Assembly: GCA_963757735.1 (NCBI GenBank)
Contig: CAVWST010000021.1
Span: forward strand, 88,373 to 152,372
Length of the DNA stretch: 64,000 nucleotides
Source: an uncultured Acidobacteriota bacterium
Lineage (GTDB): Bacteria > Acidobacteriota > Vicinamibacteria > Vicinamibacterales > UBA2999
Direction: 5' to 3'
Part shown: piece after piece, positions 1 to 9,881 of the stretch
Numbering within the stretch: the stretch's first letter is position 1
How the letters are laid out: each line of letters opens with the position of its first letter
Translations under genes and position numbers: made by a program
The notes under the pieces: model-generated
The model's database searches: none
What the model was told of the DNA's origin: nothing
The model's input: the letters and a program-made list of their open reading frames with translations, nothing else

Positions 1-64
1 CAACACGTTAAACCGACGGATTCAACGACATCCAAGCGGCTTCTCGCTTGCTTTCGAGAGCGGC

Positions 65-721
65 GTGGCCGGAATGCACGATCGATTGCTCGTTGCGGAG
101 ACAGAGTGGCGTGGGGGCGAAAAGCTTCCTGAAGCTGAAGCCTCTCGTCACAGTCGCCACTGCGAAGGGGGAGCGGGCTACACGCTCCTCGAGGTCCTGT
201 TCGCTTCGGCACTGCTTTGCATCCTGGCGGGCATCAGCGTCTCGAGCGTCGGCGCAGTCGTCGATCGATCGCGAGGGGCAGGCGCGGCGCGATATCTCGC
301 AACCCGGGCCGCGCTTGCACGATCGCGTGCGGTCGGCCGCTCGGCCACCGTCGCGTTGTATTTCGAACAGGACACGAGAGGCATGAGGTTCTCGATGGTT
401 GAGGACGGCAACGGCGACGGCGTGCACATGGCGGATATCACGCAGCAGATCGATCGCGTGATTGAAGCACCTTTACATCTGTCCGATCTCTATCCCGGAG
501 CCGCGATAGGGCTCGCTCCAGGAACTCCGGGGACGAGCGCCGTAGCGCTGGGCGGAACGATGATTCTCTCCTTCAGTCCGAATGGCACGGCCACATCGGG
601 AAGCGTCTACGTCGTCGGACGCGACCAGACGCAATGGGCCGTGCGCGTGCTCGGTGTCACCGCCCGCGCTCGCGTGCTGCGGTACGAGCGGGCGATGGGT
701 GCGTGGGTCAATGCAGACTGA
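65..721 (+). CDS. FimT/GspH-family minor (pseudo)pilin with type IV N-terminal methylation motif; start uncertain
   Basis: G|YTLLEVLFASALLCILAGI prepilin motif; C-terminal FSPNGTATSGSVYV typical of FimT/GspH. An alternative start is GTG 111 (GGAG at 97-100) if one G is missing near 177, which would give ..KGERG|YTLLE. Confidence 0.8.
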   Translation: MAGMHDRLLVAETEWRGGEKLPEAEASRHSRHCEGGAGYTLLEVLFASALLCILAGISVSSVGAVVDRSRGAGAARYLATRAALARSRAVGRSATVALYFEQDTRGMRFSMVEDGNGDGVHMADITQQIDRVIEAPLHLSDLYPGAAIGLAPGTPGTSAVALGGTMILSFSPNGTATSGSVYVVGRDQTQWAVRVLGVTARARVLRYERAMGAWVNAD

Positions 722-1094
722 GCCCCACGAGCGCCGGCAGGGCTGTCGCTGGATACCTATGGCCACGGATCCGCTCTCGCGCGTCCGGCTGCGTCTGGGT
801 CGGGAATTGTCGGTGATCAACGTGTCGGCGAGTGGGGTTCTTGTTCATGGAACGACGCGATTGCTACCGGGGACCCACGTTGACGTGCACGTGACCGCAT
901 CTCGGGGACGGGTCCTGATCCGCGCTCGCGTGGTCCGATGCGCGGTCTGGGACGTCAGCGCGGACGTCGTTCAGTATCGAGGTGCGCTGGCGTTCAACAC
1001 ACCAGTCGAACTACGGCCGATCGACCTGGCAGCGATGCCCGTGCTCACAGATCCGCAAGCTGCCGAGAACTTTCAGCTTTTGGAACCGGTGTAG
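711..1094 (+). CDS. Stand-alone PilZ-domain (c-di-GMP-binding) protein
   Basis: ERRQGCR (RxxxR) and NVSASG (D/NxSxxG) motifs; ATG 711 overlaps the end of the pilin gene. Confidence 0.8.
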   Translation: MQTEPHERRQGCRWIPMATDPLSRVRLRLGRELSVINVSASGVLVHGTTRLLPGTHVDVHVTASRGRVLIRARVVRCAVWDVSADVVQYRGALAFNTPVELRPIDLAAMPVLTDPQAAENFQLLEPV

Positions 1095-2349
1095 TCCGGC
1101 TGCCGTTCAGTTCGGCCGTGAGTCTGGCCATGTCGAGCTCGTTCTCCCAGCGCGCTACGACGATCGCCGCAACGCCGTTGCCGATGAAGTTGGTGATCGA
1201 GCGCGACTCCGACATGAAACGATCGATACCGAGGATCAACGCCAACCCCGCGACGGGAATCGACGGGACGACAGCCAACGTTGCTGCGAGCGTGATGAAG
1301 CCGGCTCCTGTGACGCCTGATGCCCCCTTCGAGGTCAGCATCGCTACGCCAAGGAGCGTCAACTCCTGCCGCAGCGTCAGCTCGATATTGAGCGCCTGCG
1401 CCACGAAGATGGCAGCCATCGTCAGGTAGATGTTCGTGCCGTCCAGATTGAATGAGTAACCCGATGGCACAACCAGCCCAACTACCGAGCGAGAGCACCC
1501 GAGTCTCTCAAGCTTCTGCATCAGCGGCACGAGCGCCGACTCCGATGACGAGGTCCCGAGCACCGTCAGCAGTTCCTCCTTGATGTAAACGATGAAGCGG
1601 ATGATGCTGAAGCCGGTGAAGGCCGCGATGCTGCCAAGGACGACCAGGATGAAGAGGAGGCACGTCAGATAGAAGCTGCCCATCAGGGCGGCCAGCGGCC
1701 TCAGCGCCTCGATTCCATAGCGGCCAATGGTGAAGGCCATCGCGCCACCGGCGCCGATAGGCGCGAGCTTCATCAGCGCGTTCATCATGGCGAAGAAGAT
1801 GTGCGAGCACGCCTCGATGAACTGGTGCACCGTCTTACCGCGCTCGCCCATATGCGTCATCGCGTACCCAAACAGGATCGCGACGAACAGCACCTGCAAC
1901 AGATTCCCTGACCCGGCAAACGCGTCGAAGAACGTGACCGGGATGATTCCGAGGATGAAGTCTGTCGTCGTCTGGGCATGAGCCTGCTTCGCATAGTCGG
2001 CGACGGCGTTCGCATCCAGCGTCGCCGGATCCACATTGAATCCGCTGCCCGGCTGGGCGACGTTGATCACGACCAGACCGATGACCAGGGCGATGCTCGA
2101 GACCACCTCGAAGTAGATCAGCGCCTTCGCGCCCACCCGGCCGACCTTCTTCATGTTTCCCGCGCCGGCGATGCCCAGAACGACCGTGCAGAAGATGATC
2201 GGGCTGATCAGCATCTTCACGAGGGCGATGAACCCGTCGCCGAGCGGCTTCAGCTCGACCGCGGTTACCGGGTCTACGTAGCCGATTACTCCCCCTGCAA
2301 GGATGGCAAGCAGCACCCAGAAGTAGAGATGTCCAGTCAGGCTTTTCAT
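1045..2349 (-). CDS. dctA: C4-dicarboxylate:cation symporter DctA
   Basis: [48 protein letters not shown] and GIDRFMSE motifs. Confidence 0.95.
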   Translation of the reverse strand: MKSLTGHLYFWVLLAILAGGVIGYVDPVTAVELKPLGDGFIALVKMLISPIIFCTVVLGIAGAGNMKKVGRVGAKALIYFEVVSSIALVIGLVVINVAQPGSGFNVDPATLDANAVADYAKQAHAQTTTDFILGIIPVTFFDAFAGSGNLLQVLFVAILFGYAMTHMGERGKTVHQFIEACSHIFFAMMNALMKLAPIGAGGAMAFTIGRYGIEALRPLAALMGSFYLTCLLFILVVLGSIAAFTGFSIIRFIVYIKEELLTVLGTSSSESALVPLMQKLERLGCSRSVVGLVVPSGYSFNLDGTNIYLTMAAIFVAQALNIELTLRQELTLLGVAMLTSKGASGVTGAGFITLAATLAVVPSIPVAGLALILGIDRFMSESRSITNFIGNGVAAIVVARWENELDMARLTAELNGSRTTPVPKAESSRQLADL

Positions 2350-2575
2350 TCGAGGCCGCAAGTGTATCGCAGGGGGTATGGGCTTCTCGACCCTTCAAAC
2401 GGCGTCCCGCACGCCGAGGGCACAACCTACCCGAAGTCGCTGTGCCTATTACGCCTCGTTCAGGTGAAACCGTTGCACGTGCGGACGTTAGTGAGAGTTG
2501 TCAAAAGTGGCATCGCCTTTGGTATCTCCTCGGCGGAGGGCCTTGTGAGTGAGACCTATGCCGTGACGCGAGGGA

Positions 2576-3958
2576 ATGACGAGACCAGTGTGCGACCTGA
2601 GGGGAACGTCGCGAGCCTGCGGCAGAGTACTCGAGGCGCTCGGGACTGCACTTGCTAACGCTGCCAACGATGATCTCGGAGCCACATTCGAGCAGCACGT
2701 GAGGCAGGCGCTGCAGCTTCGAGCCGTGCGATTGCGAGAGGTGCGAGCTCGATATCAAGCGCGGCTGGTCACGCCAACGCGGACCTCCGACTCGATCGTC
2801 CTCGGTGTGCCGACGGCCGATCCCCGTATCCAGGCTGTCTTTGAGGCGTCGTGTCAGCCAGACCGGCCGCTGGCAGAACCCGACTACGACATGCTGGTCG
2901 CGCTTGCGCATGTCGGGGGGCTCGTGCTCGAGATCGGTCGCGGACGAACGCCCTCGACGAGCGCGACGCTCGGTGCTGGTCCGATGATCGGATCGACCGA
3001 CGTCATGAAGGCGCTGCGCGCGCAGATCGAGCGCGTTGCAGCGACCGACTTTACCGTGCTGATTGAAGGCGAGAGCGGCACTGGCAAAGAACTCGTTGCT
3101 CGACAACTCCACGAGCTTGGCCGTCGACGCCGTGGGCCGTTCGTCGCCGTCAACTGCGCCGCTGTCGTCGAGACGCTGCTCGAAGCGGAACTCTTCGGCA
3201 TCGAAGAGCGGACGGCCACCGGTGTTCGCGGCCGGCGCGGCAAGTTCGAGCACGCGGATGGCGGAACCATGTTCCTTGACGAGGTGTCCGATCTCTCGCT
3301 GTCCGCGCAGGCGAAGTTCCTCCGGGTCCTTCAGGATCTCGCCGTCGAACGGGTCGGAGGCCACGGCACAAAGCGCATCGACACGCGCATCGTCGCGGCT
3401 ACCAACCGGCCGCTCTCCGAACTGGTCGCACGCGGCCTCTTCAGGGCCGACCTGTACTACCGGCTCAGTGGAGTGGAGATTCATGTGCCGCCGCTCAGAA
3501 ACCGCAGCGAGGACGTCCCCGAGCTCGTGCGGTACTTCCTCGGCCGGCACCGGAGCCGGGAATTGACGCTGTCGGCCGAGGCCGAGCAAGCGCTGCGTAT
3601 CTATCCGTGGCCGGGGAATGTCCGCGAGTTGGAGCGCCTGGTCGAACGCGCGCTCGCGCTGATGGAGTCGGACCGAATCGAGCTGGATGATCTACCGGCC
3701 AGAATCCGGGGAGAGTTCGCCGAGGTGCTTGGCCCGGCCATCGGGCGCGATGAAAGCATGCGTGCCTGGGCCTGTCATTACGCGCGGCTCGTGTTCGAGA
3801 AGTGCGGCCGCAACAAACGCCGTGCGTGTAAGAGGCTCAACATCAGCTATCACACGCTCGAGGCCTACCTGCGCGTCGCAGGCACGAGCGGGCGCGGTCC
3901 CGGCAAACGACTCCCGCGTTGGGTCAGGACGATGAGCACGCCTCACGTGGAGTCGTGA
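2576..3958 (+). CDS. Sigma54-dependent (NtrC/Fis-family) enhancer-binding protein, no receiver domain
   Basis: GESGTGKE Walker A, FLDEV Walker B, FRADLYYRL, WPGNVRELE, C-terminal HTH. The GAFTGA loop is replaced by RTATGV. Confidence 0.9.
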   Translation: MTRPVCDLRGTSRACGRVLEALGTALANAANDDLGATFEQHVRQALQLRAVRLREVRARYQARLVTPTRTSDSIVLGVPTADPRIQAVFEASCQPDRPLAEPDYDMLVALAHVGGLVLEIGRGRTPSTSATLGAGPMIGSTDVMKALRAQIERVAATDFTVLIEGESGTGKELVARQLHELGRRRRGPFVAVNCAAVVETLLEAELFGIEERTATGVRGRRGKFEHADGGTMFLDEVSDLSLSAQAKFLRVLQDLAVERVGGHGTKRIDTRIVAATNRPLSELVARGLFRADLYYRLSGVEIHVPPLRNRSEDVPELVRYFLGRHRSRELTLSAEAEQALRIYPWPGNVRELERLVERALALMESDRIELDDLPARIRGEFAEVLGPAIGRDESMRAWACHYARLVFEKCGRNKRRACKRLNISYHTLEAYLRVAGTSGRGPGKRLPRWVRTMSTPHVES

Positions 3959-3968
3959 CGAGGGTGCG

Positions 3969-4675
3969 ATGGGCGACCTTCGGTATCTCGTCCGCTTCTT
4001 CCATGTAGTGCCACCAGTCCCCTCGATGATGACGGGGACGTTCGCTGTGCTCACCCTGGCGGCCGGCATCGCCATCGTCGGCGATTCAATTGCGGCTGCC
4101 GGCGCTCTCGTGCCAGTACTGCTGCTGCAGGTGTTTGCCGCGTCGTCTGGTTTCGCGCTCCCGGCCAGACGCGGCCATTACGATCTCTTGTTCACGCGAG
4201 TGAACAGTCGCGCGTCGATCGCACTGATGCACTGGACGTCGTCTATCGGCACCGGCATCGCAAGCTGGCTCGTTCTAGCGATGCTGGAGTTCATTGTGAG
4301 CGCCGGAACTCGGACGACGCTGCTGGCCTCTGGAACATGCGCGGCAGTACTCTGGTCTCCACACTTCCCTGGGCACTGGGCGTGGCACTTCCGCGCTTCT
4401 CGGCTGGCATTGGCTGGCTGCTTCTGGCCGTCACGACGGCAACGACCTTCTCGAGAGGTGTCATAGGCGATTGGACTGCACCCTCGACGCGCATCGAAGA
4501 ACTCGCGTGGCCAGCCTGGGCTTTCTTCGTCTATCCGATGGGTGCCATCGGTCAGCACCTTGCACGCCCACAGATCATGGCCGTGGTTCCTGCGTTGACT
4601 CTCGCCGTCTTCGCGATGGCGATCTCCTGCAGGTGGATCGCACAACGGGACGTGCCACTCGAGGCCTCCCAATGA
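3969..4675 (+). CDS. Putative ABC exporter membrane subunit (apparent frameshift near 4350)
   Basis: Hydrophobic ORFs 3969-4466 and 4337-4675 join into one multi-TM protein; its stop overlaps the ATPase start (ATGA). Confidence 0.6.
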
Positions 4676-5361
4676 CGTTGGCCGTCTCAATCCGTAGCCT
4701 CGCGATGCAATACGGCCGGCGGCTCGTCTTTCAGGAACTCTCGTTCGATCTTGCTGCGGGCCAGGCGGCAGGGGTCGTCGGTCCCAACGGCTCCGGCAAG
4801 ACAACGCTCCTGCGCGCAATCGCGGGCTGTCTGACCCCGCGATCGGGAGAGATTCGTATCAACGGACTGACACCTCGTGATGCGATCGCGCGAACCGGCA
4901 TCGGCTACTTCGCTGGCGAAGCCACGTTGCCTGGCAGTGTGCGAGCCGCGAACTGGGGGAGTCTCGGGGCGGGCGACCACGTGACGCTGGAGAGCAGGCG
5001 GCTCCGAACGCTGTCGCGAGGCACCCGACAACTTCTTGGTCTGCGGACGGTACTCGGACGCCATCCGCTCGGGCTCATCGTCCTTGATGAGCCATGGGAA
5101 GGGCTCGATCCGGATGCAGGTCGCTGGCTATCGACGATGCTCGAGACGAAGCGCGATCGCGGTGCCGCCGTCGTGCTGTCGTCGCACCGGCTGCACGATC
5201 TCGCCGGGCTATGCGATCTCTACGTGTTTCTACTCCCGCACCACGTGACTGTCCTGCGGGCCCACGAGATCGTTTCCGTCGGCCCAGTCACGGCCGAGCA
5301 TCTGGTCGGCGTGTTCGACCGTCTCCGCGGTGGCGCGATGCTTCTGAGAGCGACCCCCTGA
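4672..5361 (+). CDS. ABC transporter ATP-binding protein
   Basis: GPNGSGKTT, LSRGTRQ signature, VLDEPWEGLD, SSH switch. Confidence 0.9.
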   Translation: MTLAVSIRSLAMQYGRRLVFQELSFDLAAGQAAGVVGPNGSGKTTLLRAIAGCLTPRSGEIRINGLTPRDAIARTGIGYFAGEATLPGSVRAANWGSLGAGDHVTLESRRLRTLSRGTRQLLGLRTVLGRHPLGLIVLDEPWEGLDPDAGRWLSTMLETKRDRGAAVVLSSHRLHDLAGLCDLYVFLLPHHVTVLRAHEIVSVGPVTAEHLVGVFDRLRGGAMLLRATP

Positions 5362-5441
5362 TATCGCCTGTGCCTTGACCCTCTCGTTCAGCGGCGAGTA
5401 CAGTCATAGCAGTTGGGTCCTGCCCCGTCCCGTTCTGCTCC

Positions 5442-6590
5442 ATGACCGACACGGCCGCCACCAGTCTTCGCACAACCCCTTTACACGCACGGCATCGCGC
5501 ATCGGGTGCCCGCATGGTGCCGTACGCCGGCTGGGAGATGCCCGTCGAGTACTCCGGCATCACCGACGAACACATGGCCGTGCGTACGCGCGCCGGGGTG
5601 TTCGACGTGAGCCATATGGGGGAGATCGAGATCGCCGGCAAGGGCGCGCTCGAGGCCGTGCAGCGAATCTCGAGCAACGACGCGAGCGCATTGAACGTTG
5701 GCCAGGCACAGTACGCTGGCCTGCTCACAGCAGACGGCACCTTCGTCGACGACATGCTCGTCTACCGCATGGCATCGAGCCACTTCATGCTCGTCGTCAA
5801 TGCGGCCAACGCGGCCAAAGACTACGCGTGGATTAGCGAGCAGGTGAAGCTTGCGGGCGATGCGGCAGTCGTTGATTCGAGCAGCCGCTACGCGTTGATC
5901 GCGATCCAGGGTCCTGCAGCCCGAGACGTTCTCCAGCAACTGACCGCTGTCGACCTCGACGACATTCGCTACTACTGGTTCTCTTATGGGGAAGTGGCGA
6001 ACGCACGCGTAACCATCTCGCGCACCGGTTACACAGGCGAGGACGGGTACGAGATCTTCGTCCCACCCAACATGGCCGACCGCGTCTGGCAGGGCCTGAT
6101 TCAGGCGGGCCGGGGCGACGTAATACCCTGCGGCCTCGGCGCGCGCGACACGCTGCGACTTGAAGCCGCGATGCGCCTGTACGGAAATGAGATCGACGAA
6201 TCGACGACGGCGCTCGAGGCCGGCCTGGGTTGGACGATCGGGTGGAAGAAGGGCGACTTCATCGGGCGCGAACGCCTGCTCGAGCAGAAAGAACGCGGAA
6301 TTACGCGTACGCTCGTTGGCTTCGAAATGCTCGAGCGCGGTATCGCGCGCCAGGGCCACATCGTCACGAGCGGCGGAGACGAAGTCGGCAAGGTCACGAG
6401 CGGCACGCAAACGCCCTTCCTCAAGAAAGCCGTCGGCATGGCGTACGTCCCCGTCTCGCTCTCAGCGCCGGGAACGCAGATTGACATCGACATCCGCGGC
6501 CGCGCGACAAGGGCGCAAGTCGTGCGTTTGCCGTTCTACTCACGATCCCGTTCGGGTCCCGGGCCCCGGATCCCGGGACCCGGCCAGTAG
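5442..6590 (+). CDS. gcvT: Glycine cleavage system aminomethyltransferase T
   Basis: GWEMPVEY, FDVSHMGE, SRTGYTGEDGYE, GLGARDTLRLEA. Confidence 0.97.
   Translation: MTDTAATSLRTTPLHARHRASGARMVPYAGWEMPVEYSGITDEHMAVRTRAGVFDVSHMGEIEIAGKGALEAVQRISSNDASALNVGQAQYAGLLTADGTFVDDMLVYRMASSHFMLVVNAANAAKDYAWISEQVKLAGDAAVVDSSSRYALIAIQGPAARDVLQQLTAVDLDDIRYYWFSYGEVANARVTISRTGYTGEDGYEIFVPPNMADRVWQGLIQAGRGDVIPCGLGARDTLRLEAAMRLYGNEIDESTTALEAGLGWTIGWKKGDFIGRERLLEQKERGITRTLVGFEMLERGIARQGHIVTSGGDEVGKVTSGTQTPFLKKAVGMAYVPVSLSAPGTQIDIDIRGRATRAQVVRLPFYSRSRSGPGPRIPGPGQ
6553..6583. repeat. Tandem 7-mer repeat CGG(G/A)NCC x4 that also forms a hairpin
   Basis: CGGGTCC CGGGCCC CGGATCC CGGGACC CGG; 11-bp inverted arms CGGGTCCCGGG / CCCGGGACCCG at the 3' end of gcvT. 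Confidence 0.7.
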
Positions 6591-6598
6591 GTGCCTCC

Positions 6599-6976
6599 AT
6601 GCCGTATCCCACTGACCTGAAGTACACGAAAGACCATGAGTGGATCCGCATCTCGGGCGACATCGCTGAGATCGGCATCACTGACTTCGCGCAGGATCAG
6701 CTCGGCGACGTCGTGTTCGTCGAGCTCCCGGAACCCGGACGCACGATCAAAGCGGGCGAGTCGTTCGGCTCGATCGAATCGGTCAAGGCGGTCTCGGAGC
6801 TCTTCGCGCCGATGAGCGGGGAGGTCATCGAGGTGAACCCGTCGCTCAAGGATCATCCTGAGGTGGTCAACAGCAAGCCTCATGAGACCTGGATGGTGAA
6901 GGTGCGCGTGTCAGATCCGAAGGAAGCCGGATCGCTGCTCGACAGCGCGCAGTACGACGGCATCACCCGCGCGTAA
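6599..6976 (+). CDS. gcvH: Glycine cleavage system H protein
   Basis: YTKDHEW, GITDFAQDQLGDVVFVELP, lipoyl-Lys motif IESVKAVSE. Confidence 0.97.
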   Translation: MPYPTDLKYTKDHEWIRISGDIAEIGITDFAQDQLGDVVFVELPEPGRTIKAGESFGSIESVKAVSELFAPMSGEVIEVNPSLKDHPEVVNSKPHETWMVKVRVSDPKEAGSLLDSAQYDGITRA

Positions 6977-9879
6977 TGAGCTCACTGGACGCCAGCGACT
7001 GGTTTGCACGCCGCCACATCGGACCGTCGCCGGACGAGCGCGCCGCGATGCTCGCCGCCGTCGGCGCGCCGACGCTCGACGCGCTGATGGACGAGGCGAT
7101 TCCCGCCTCGATCCGCCTCAAGAAACCGCTCGCACTTCCGCCTGCTGAAAGCGAGCATCAGTACCTCCATCGTCTCGGCCATCTCGCCCATCGCAACAGG
7201 GTCTTCAAGTCCTACATCGGCCTCGGCTACCACGACACGTTCACGCCGAGCGTGATCCTTCGGATGGTGATGGAGAACCCGGGTTGGTACACGCCATACA
7301 CGCCCTATCAGGCGGAGATCGCACAAGGCCGCCTGGAATCGCTCCTGAACTTCCAGACGATGGTGACGGATCTGACGGGGATGGAGGTGGCGAGCGCCTC
7401 CTTGCTGGATGAGGCGACGGCCGCCGCCGAAGCGATGGCGTTGATGCACCGCGCGCATACCAGCCAGAAGAAGGGCGTCGAACCGACTGTCTGCTACGCC
7501 AGCGACGGCTGTTTTCCGCAAACGATCGATGTCCTGCGTTCGAGAGCCGAGCCGCTGGGAATCGATCTCCGCGTCGTGCCCATCGATCGGATGATGTTCG
7601 ACGCGTCGGTGTTCGGCGCGATCGTTCAGTACCCCGATGCGGGTGGAGACTTGCTCGACCTGAGACCGCTGATCGCACGGGCCCACGAGGCGGGCGCGCT
7701 CGTGTCGGTGGGAGCGGACCTCTTGTCGCTCGCGTTGGTCGTTCCGCCGGGTGAGATGGGCGCAGATGTCGTGTACGGCAACTCGCAGCGCTTCGGCGTC
7801 CCGCTCGGATATGGTGGCCCGCATGCGGCGTTCTTCGCGACGCGTCACGGCTTCGTCCGCCAGTTGCCCGGCCGGCTCATAGGTGTCTCAGTCGACGGTC
7901 ATGGCGAGCGCGCGTATCGCATGGCGCTGGCCACGCGCGAGCAACACATCCGGCGCGAGAAGGCGACCTCGAACATCTGCACGGCCCAGGCGCTTCTCGC
8001 CAACATGGCGGCGATGTACGCCGTATACCACGGCCCGAAGGGCATCGCGGCGATCGCATCGCGCGTCCATACGCTCGCGCGCATTCTCGAAGAGGAGCTC
8101 GCCTCGCTTGGGATCACGCAATTCAATCCGCACTACTTCGACACGCTGCTCGTAAAGGTGCCAGGCGAGGCGGAGCGTGTCAGACGCCGCGCGGAAGACG
8201 CGAGCATCAACTTCAACATCTTCGACGCCGATACGATCTCGATCGCACTCAACGAGACGCTCGACACCGCCGGGCTCCGTGACATCGTCGGCGTCTTCGC
8301 GACCGCGCTGGGCAAACGTCCGCGCGTGATCGATTGCGAGGCCGCGGCAGCGGCACTCCAATCTGCGTCGCCAGACAAGTTGCCATCAGGGCTGCGGCGA
8401 ACGAGCACCTTCCTGACGCATCCGGTGTTCAACACGCACCATTCCGAGACAGAGATGATGCGGTACATCCGCAGCCTCGAGCGAAAGGACCTCGGGCTCG
8501 ACAGCTCGATGATCCCGCTCGGGTCGTGCACGATGAAGCTGAACGCGGCAACCGAGATGCTCCCGATTACGTGGAATCCGTTCAGCCGCATGCATCCGTT
8601 CGCGCCGGAAGAGCAGACCGAAGGCTACGCGCACGTTTTCAGGGAGCTCGAGGCGGCGCTCTGCGAGATCACCGGCTTCGCGAAGGTCTCACTGCAGCCG
8701 AACTCAGGCGCGCAAGGCGAGTTCACCGGGCTGATGGTGATTCGCGCGTATCACCACGATCGCGGAGAGCCGGGACGCAACGTCGTGCTGATCCCGGCCT
8801 CGGCTCACGGCACCAACCCGGCCAGCGCTGCCACGGCCGGCATGCGCGTTGTCGTCGTCCGCAGCAGGGCAGACGGCAGTGTGGACGTTGATGATCTGCG
8901 GGCGAAGGCGGCGGAGCACCGCAGCCATCTGGCGTGCCTGATGATCACGTATCCGTCGACGCACGGCGTCTTCGAGGACGACATCCGCCAGATCTGCGAC
9001 GTCGTCCACGAGCATGGTGGTCAGGTTTACATGGACGGCGCCAACATGAATGCGCAGGTCGGGCTGACGAGCCCCGCCGCGATCGGCGCCGACGTCTGCC
9101 ATCTGAATCTGCACAAGACGTTTGCGATCCCTCACGGTGGCGGTGGCCCGGGCATGGGACCAATCGGCGTCGCGCGTCACCTGGCGCCGTTTCTGCCGGG
9201 TCATCCGATCGTGCGTGTTGGCGGAGAGAAGGCGATTCATGCCGTCTCGGCGGCGCCGTGGGGCAGTGCAAGCATCCTGCTGATCTCTTACGCTTACGTC
9301 CGCATGCTGGGCGCGGGCGGATTGGCCGATGCGACGCGGCACGCAATCCTCAACGCCAACTACATCAAGGCGCGACTCGAGCACCACTATCCCGTGCTGT
9401 ATTCACGCGACAACGGACGCGTGGCCCACGAACTCATCTTCGATCTGCGTGTGTTCAAGGGAGGCGGCATCGACGAAATGGATGTCGCCAAGCGGCTCAT
9501 CGACTACGGCTTTCACGCGCCGACGGTCTCCTTCCCGGTGGCCGGCACGCTCATGGTTGAACCTACCGAGAGCGAAGACAAAGCCGAGCTCGATCGCTTC
9601 TGTGACGCTATGATCGCCATCCGAGAAGAGATCGAGGATGTGATCACGGGCAGAGTGGACGCACAGGACAACGTCCTCAAGAACTCCCCGCACACGGCCG
9701 CTGCAGTCACGGCATCCGAGTGGTCGCACCCGTACACGCGGGAGAAGGCGGCGTTTCCGTTGCCATTCGTGCGCGAGCGCAAATACTGGGCGCCGGTCGG
9801 ACGGATCGACAACACATACGGCGATCGAAATCTGTTCTGTTCGTGCCCACCAGTCGACGATTCTGGAGGTATGCAGTAG
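6976..9879 (+). CDS. gcvP: Glycine dehydrogenase (decarboxylating), single-chain P protein
   Basis: YTPYQAEIAQGRLE, REKATSNICTAQ, PLGSCTMKLN, HLNLHKTF (PLP Lys), GDRNLFCSC. Confidence 0.97.
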   Translation: MSSLDASDWFARRHIGPSPDERAAMLAAVGAPTLDALMDEAIPASIRLKKPLALPPAESEHQYLHRLGHLAHRNRVFKSYIGLGYHDTFTPSVILRMVMENPGWYTPYTPYQAEIAQGRLESLLNFQTMVTDLTGMEVASASLLDEATAAAEAMALMHRAHTSQKKGVEPTVCYASDGCFPQTIDVLRSRAEPLGIDLRVVPIDRMMFDASVFGAIVQYPDAGGDLLDLRPLIARAHEAGALVSVGADLLSLALVVPPGEMGADVVYGNSQRFGVPLGYGGPHAAFFATRHGFVRQLPGRLIGVSVDGHGERAYRMALATREQHIRREKATSNICTAQALLANMAAMYAVYHGPKGIAAIASRVHTLARILEEELASLGITQFNPHYFDTLLVKVPGEAERVRRRAEDASINFNIFDADTISIALNETLDTAGLRDIVGVFATALGKRPRVIDCEAAAAALQSASPDKLPSGLRRTSTFLTHPVFNTHHSETEMMRYIRSLERKDLGLDSSMIPLGSCTMKLNAATEMLPITWNPFSRMHPFAPEEQTEGYAHVFRELEAALCEITGFAKVSLQPNSGAQGEFTGLMVIRAYHHDRGEPGRNVVLIPASAHGTNPASAATAGMRVVVVRSRADGSVDVDDLRAKAAEHRSHLACLMITYPSTHGVFEDDIRQICDVVHEHGGQVYMDGANMNAQVGLTSPAAIGADVCHLNLHKTFAIPHGGGGPGMGPIGVARHLAPFLPGHPIVRVGGEKAIHAVSAAPWGSASILLISYAYVRMLGAGGLADATRHAILNANYIKARLEHHYPVLYSRDNGRVAHELIFDLRVFKGGGIDEMDVAKRLIDYGFHAPTVSFPVAGTLMVEPTESEDKAELDRFCDAMIAIREEIEDVITGRVDAQDNVLKNSPHTAAAVTASEWSHPYTREKAAFPLPFVRERKYWAPVGRIDNTYGDRNLFCSCPPVDDSGGMQ

Positions 9880-9881
9880 GC

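Noticed and set aside
2508-2523. TGGCATCGCCTTTGGT as a sigma54 promoter for the bEBP gene
   Set aside because: Spacing is right but the -12 GC is GG; too weak to call.
5362-5441. Glycine riboswitch upstream of gcvT
   Set aside because: The spacer is only 80 bp and lacks the recognisable GGAGA..CCGAAG..CTCTCAGG aptamer core.
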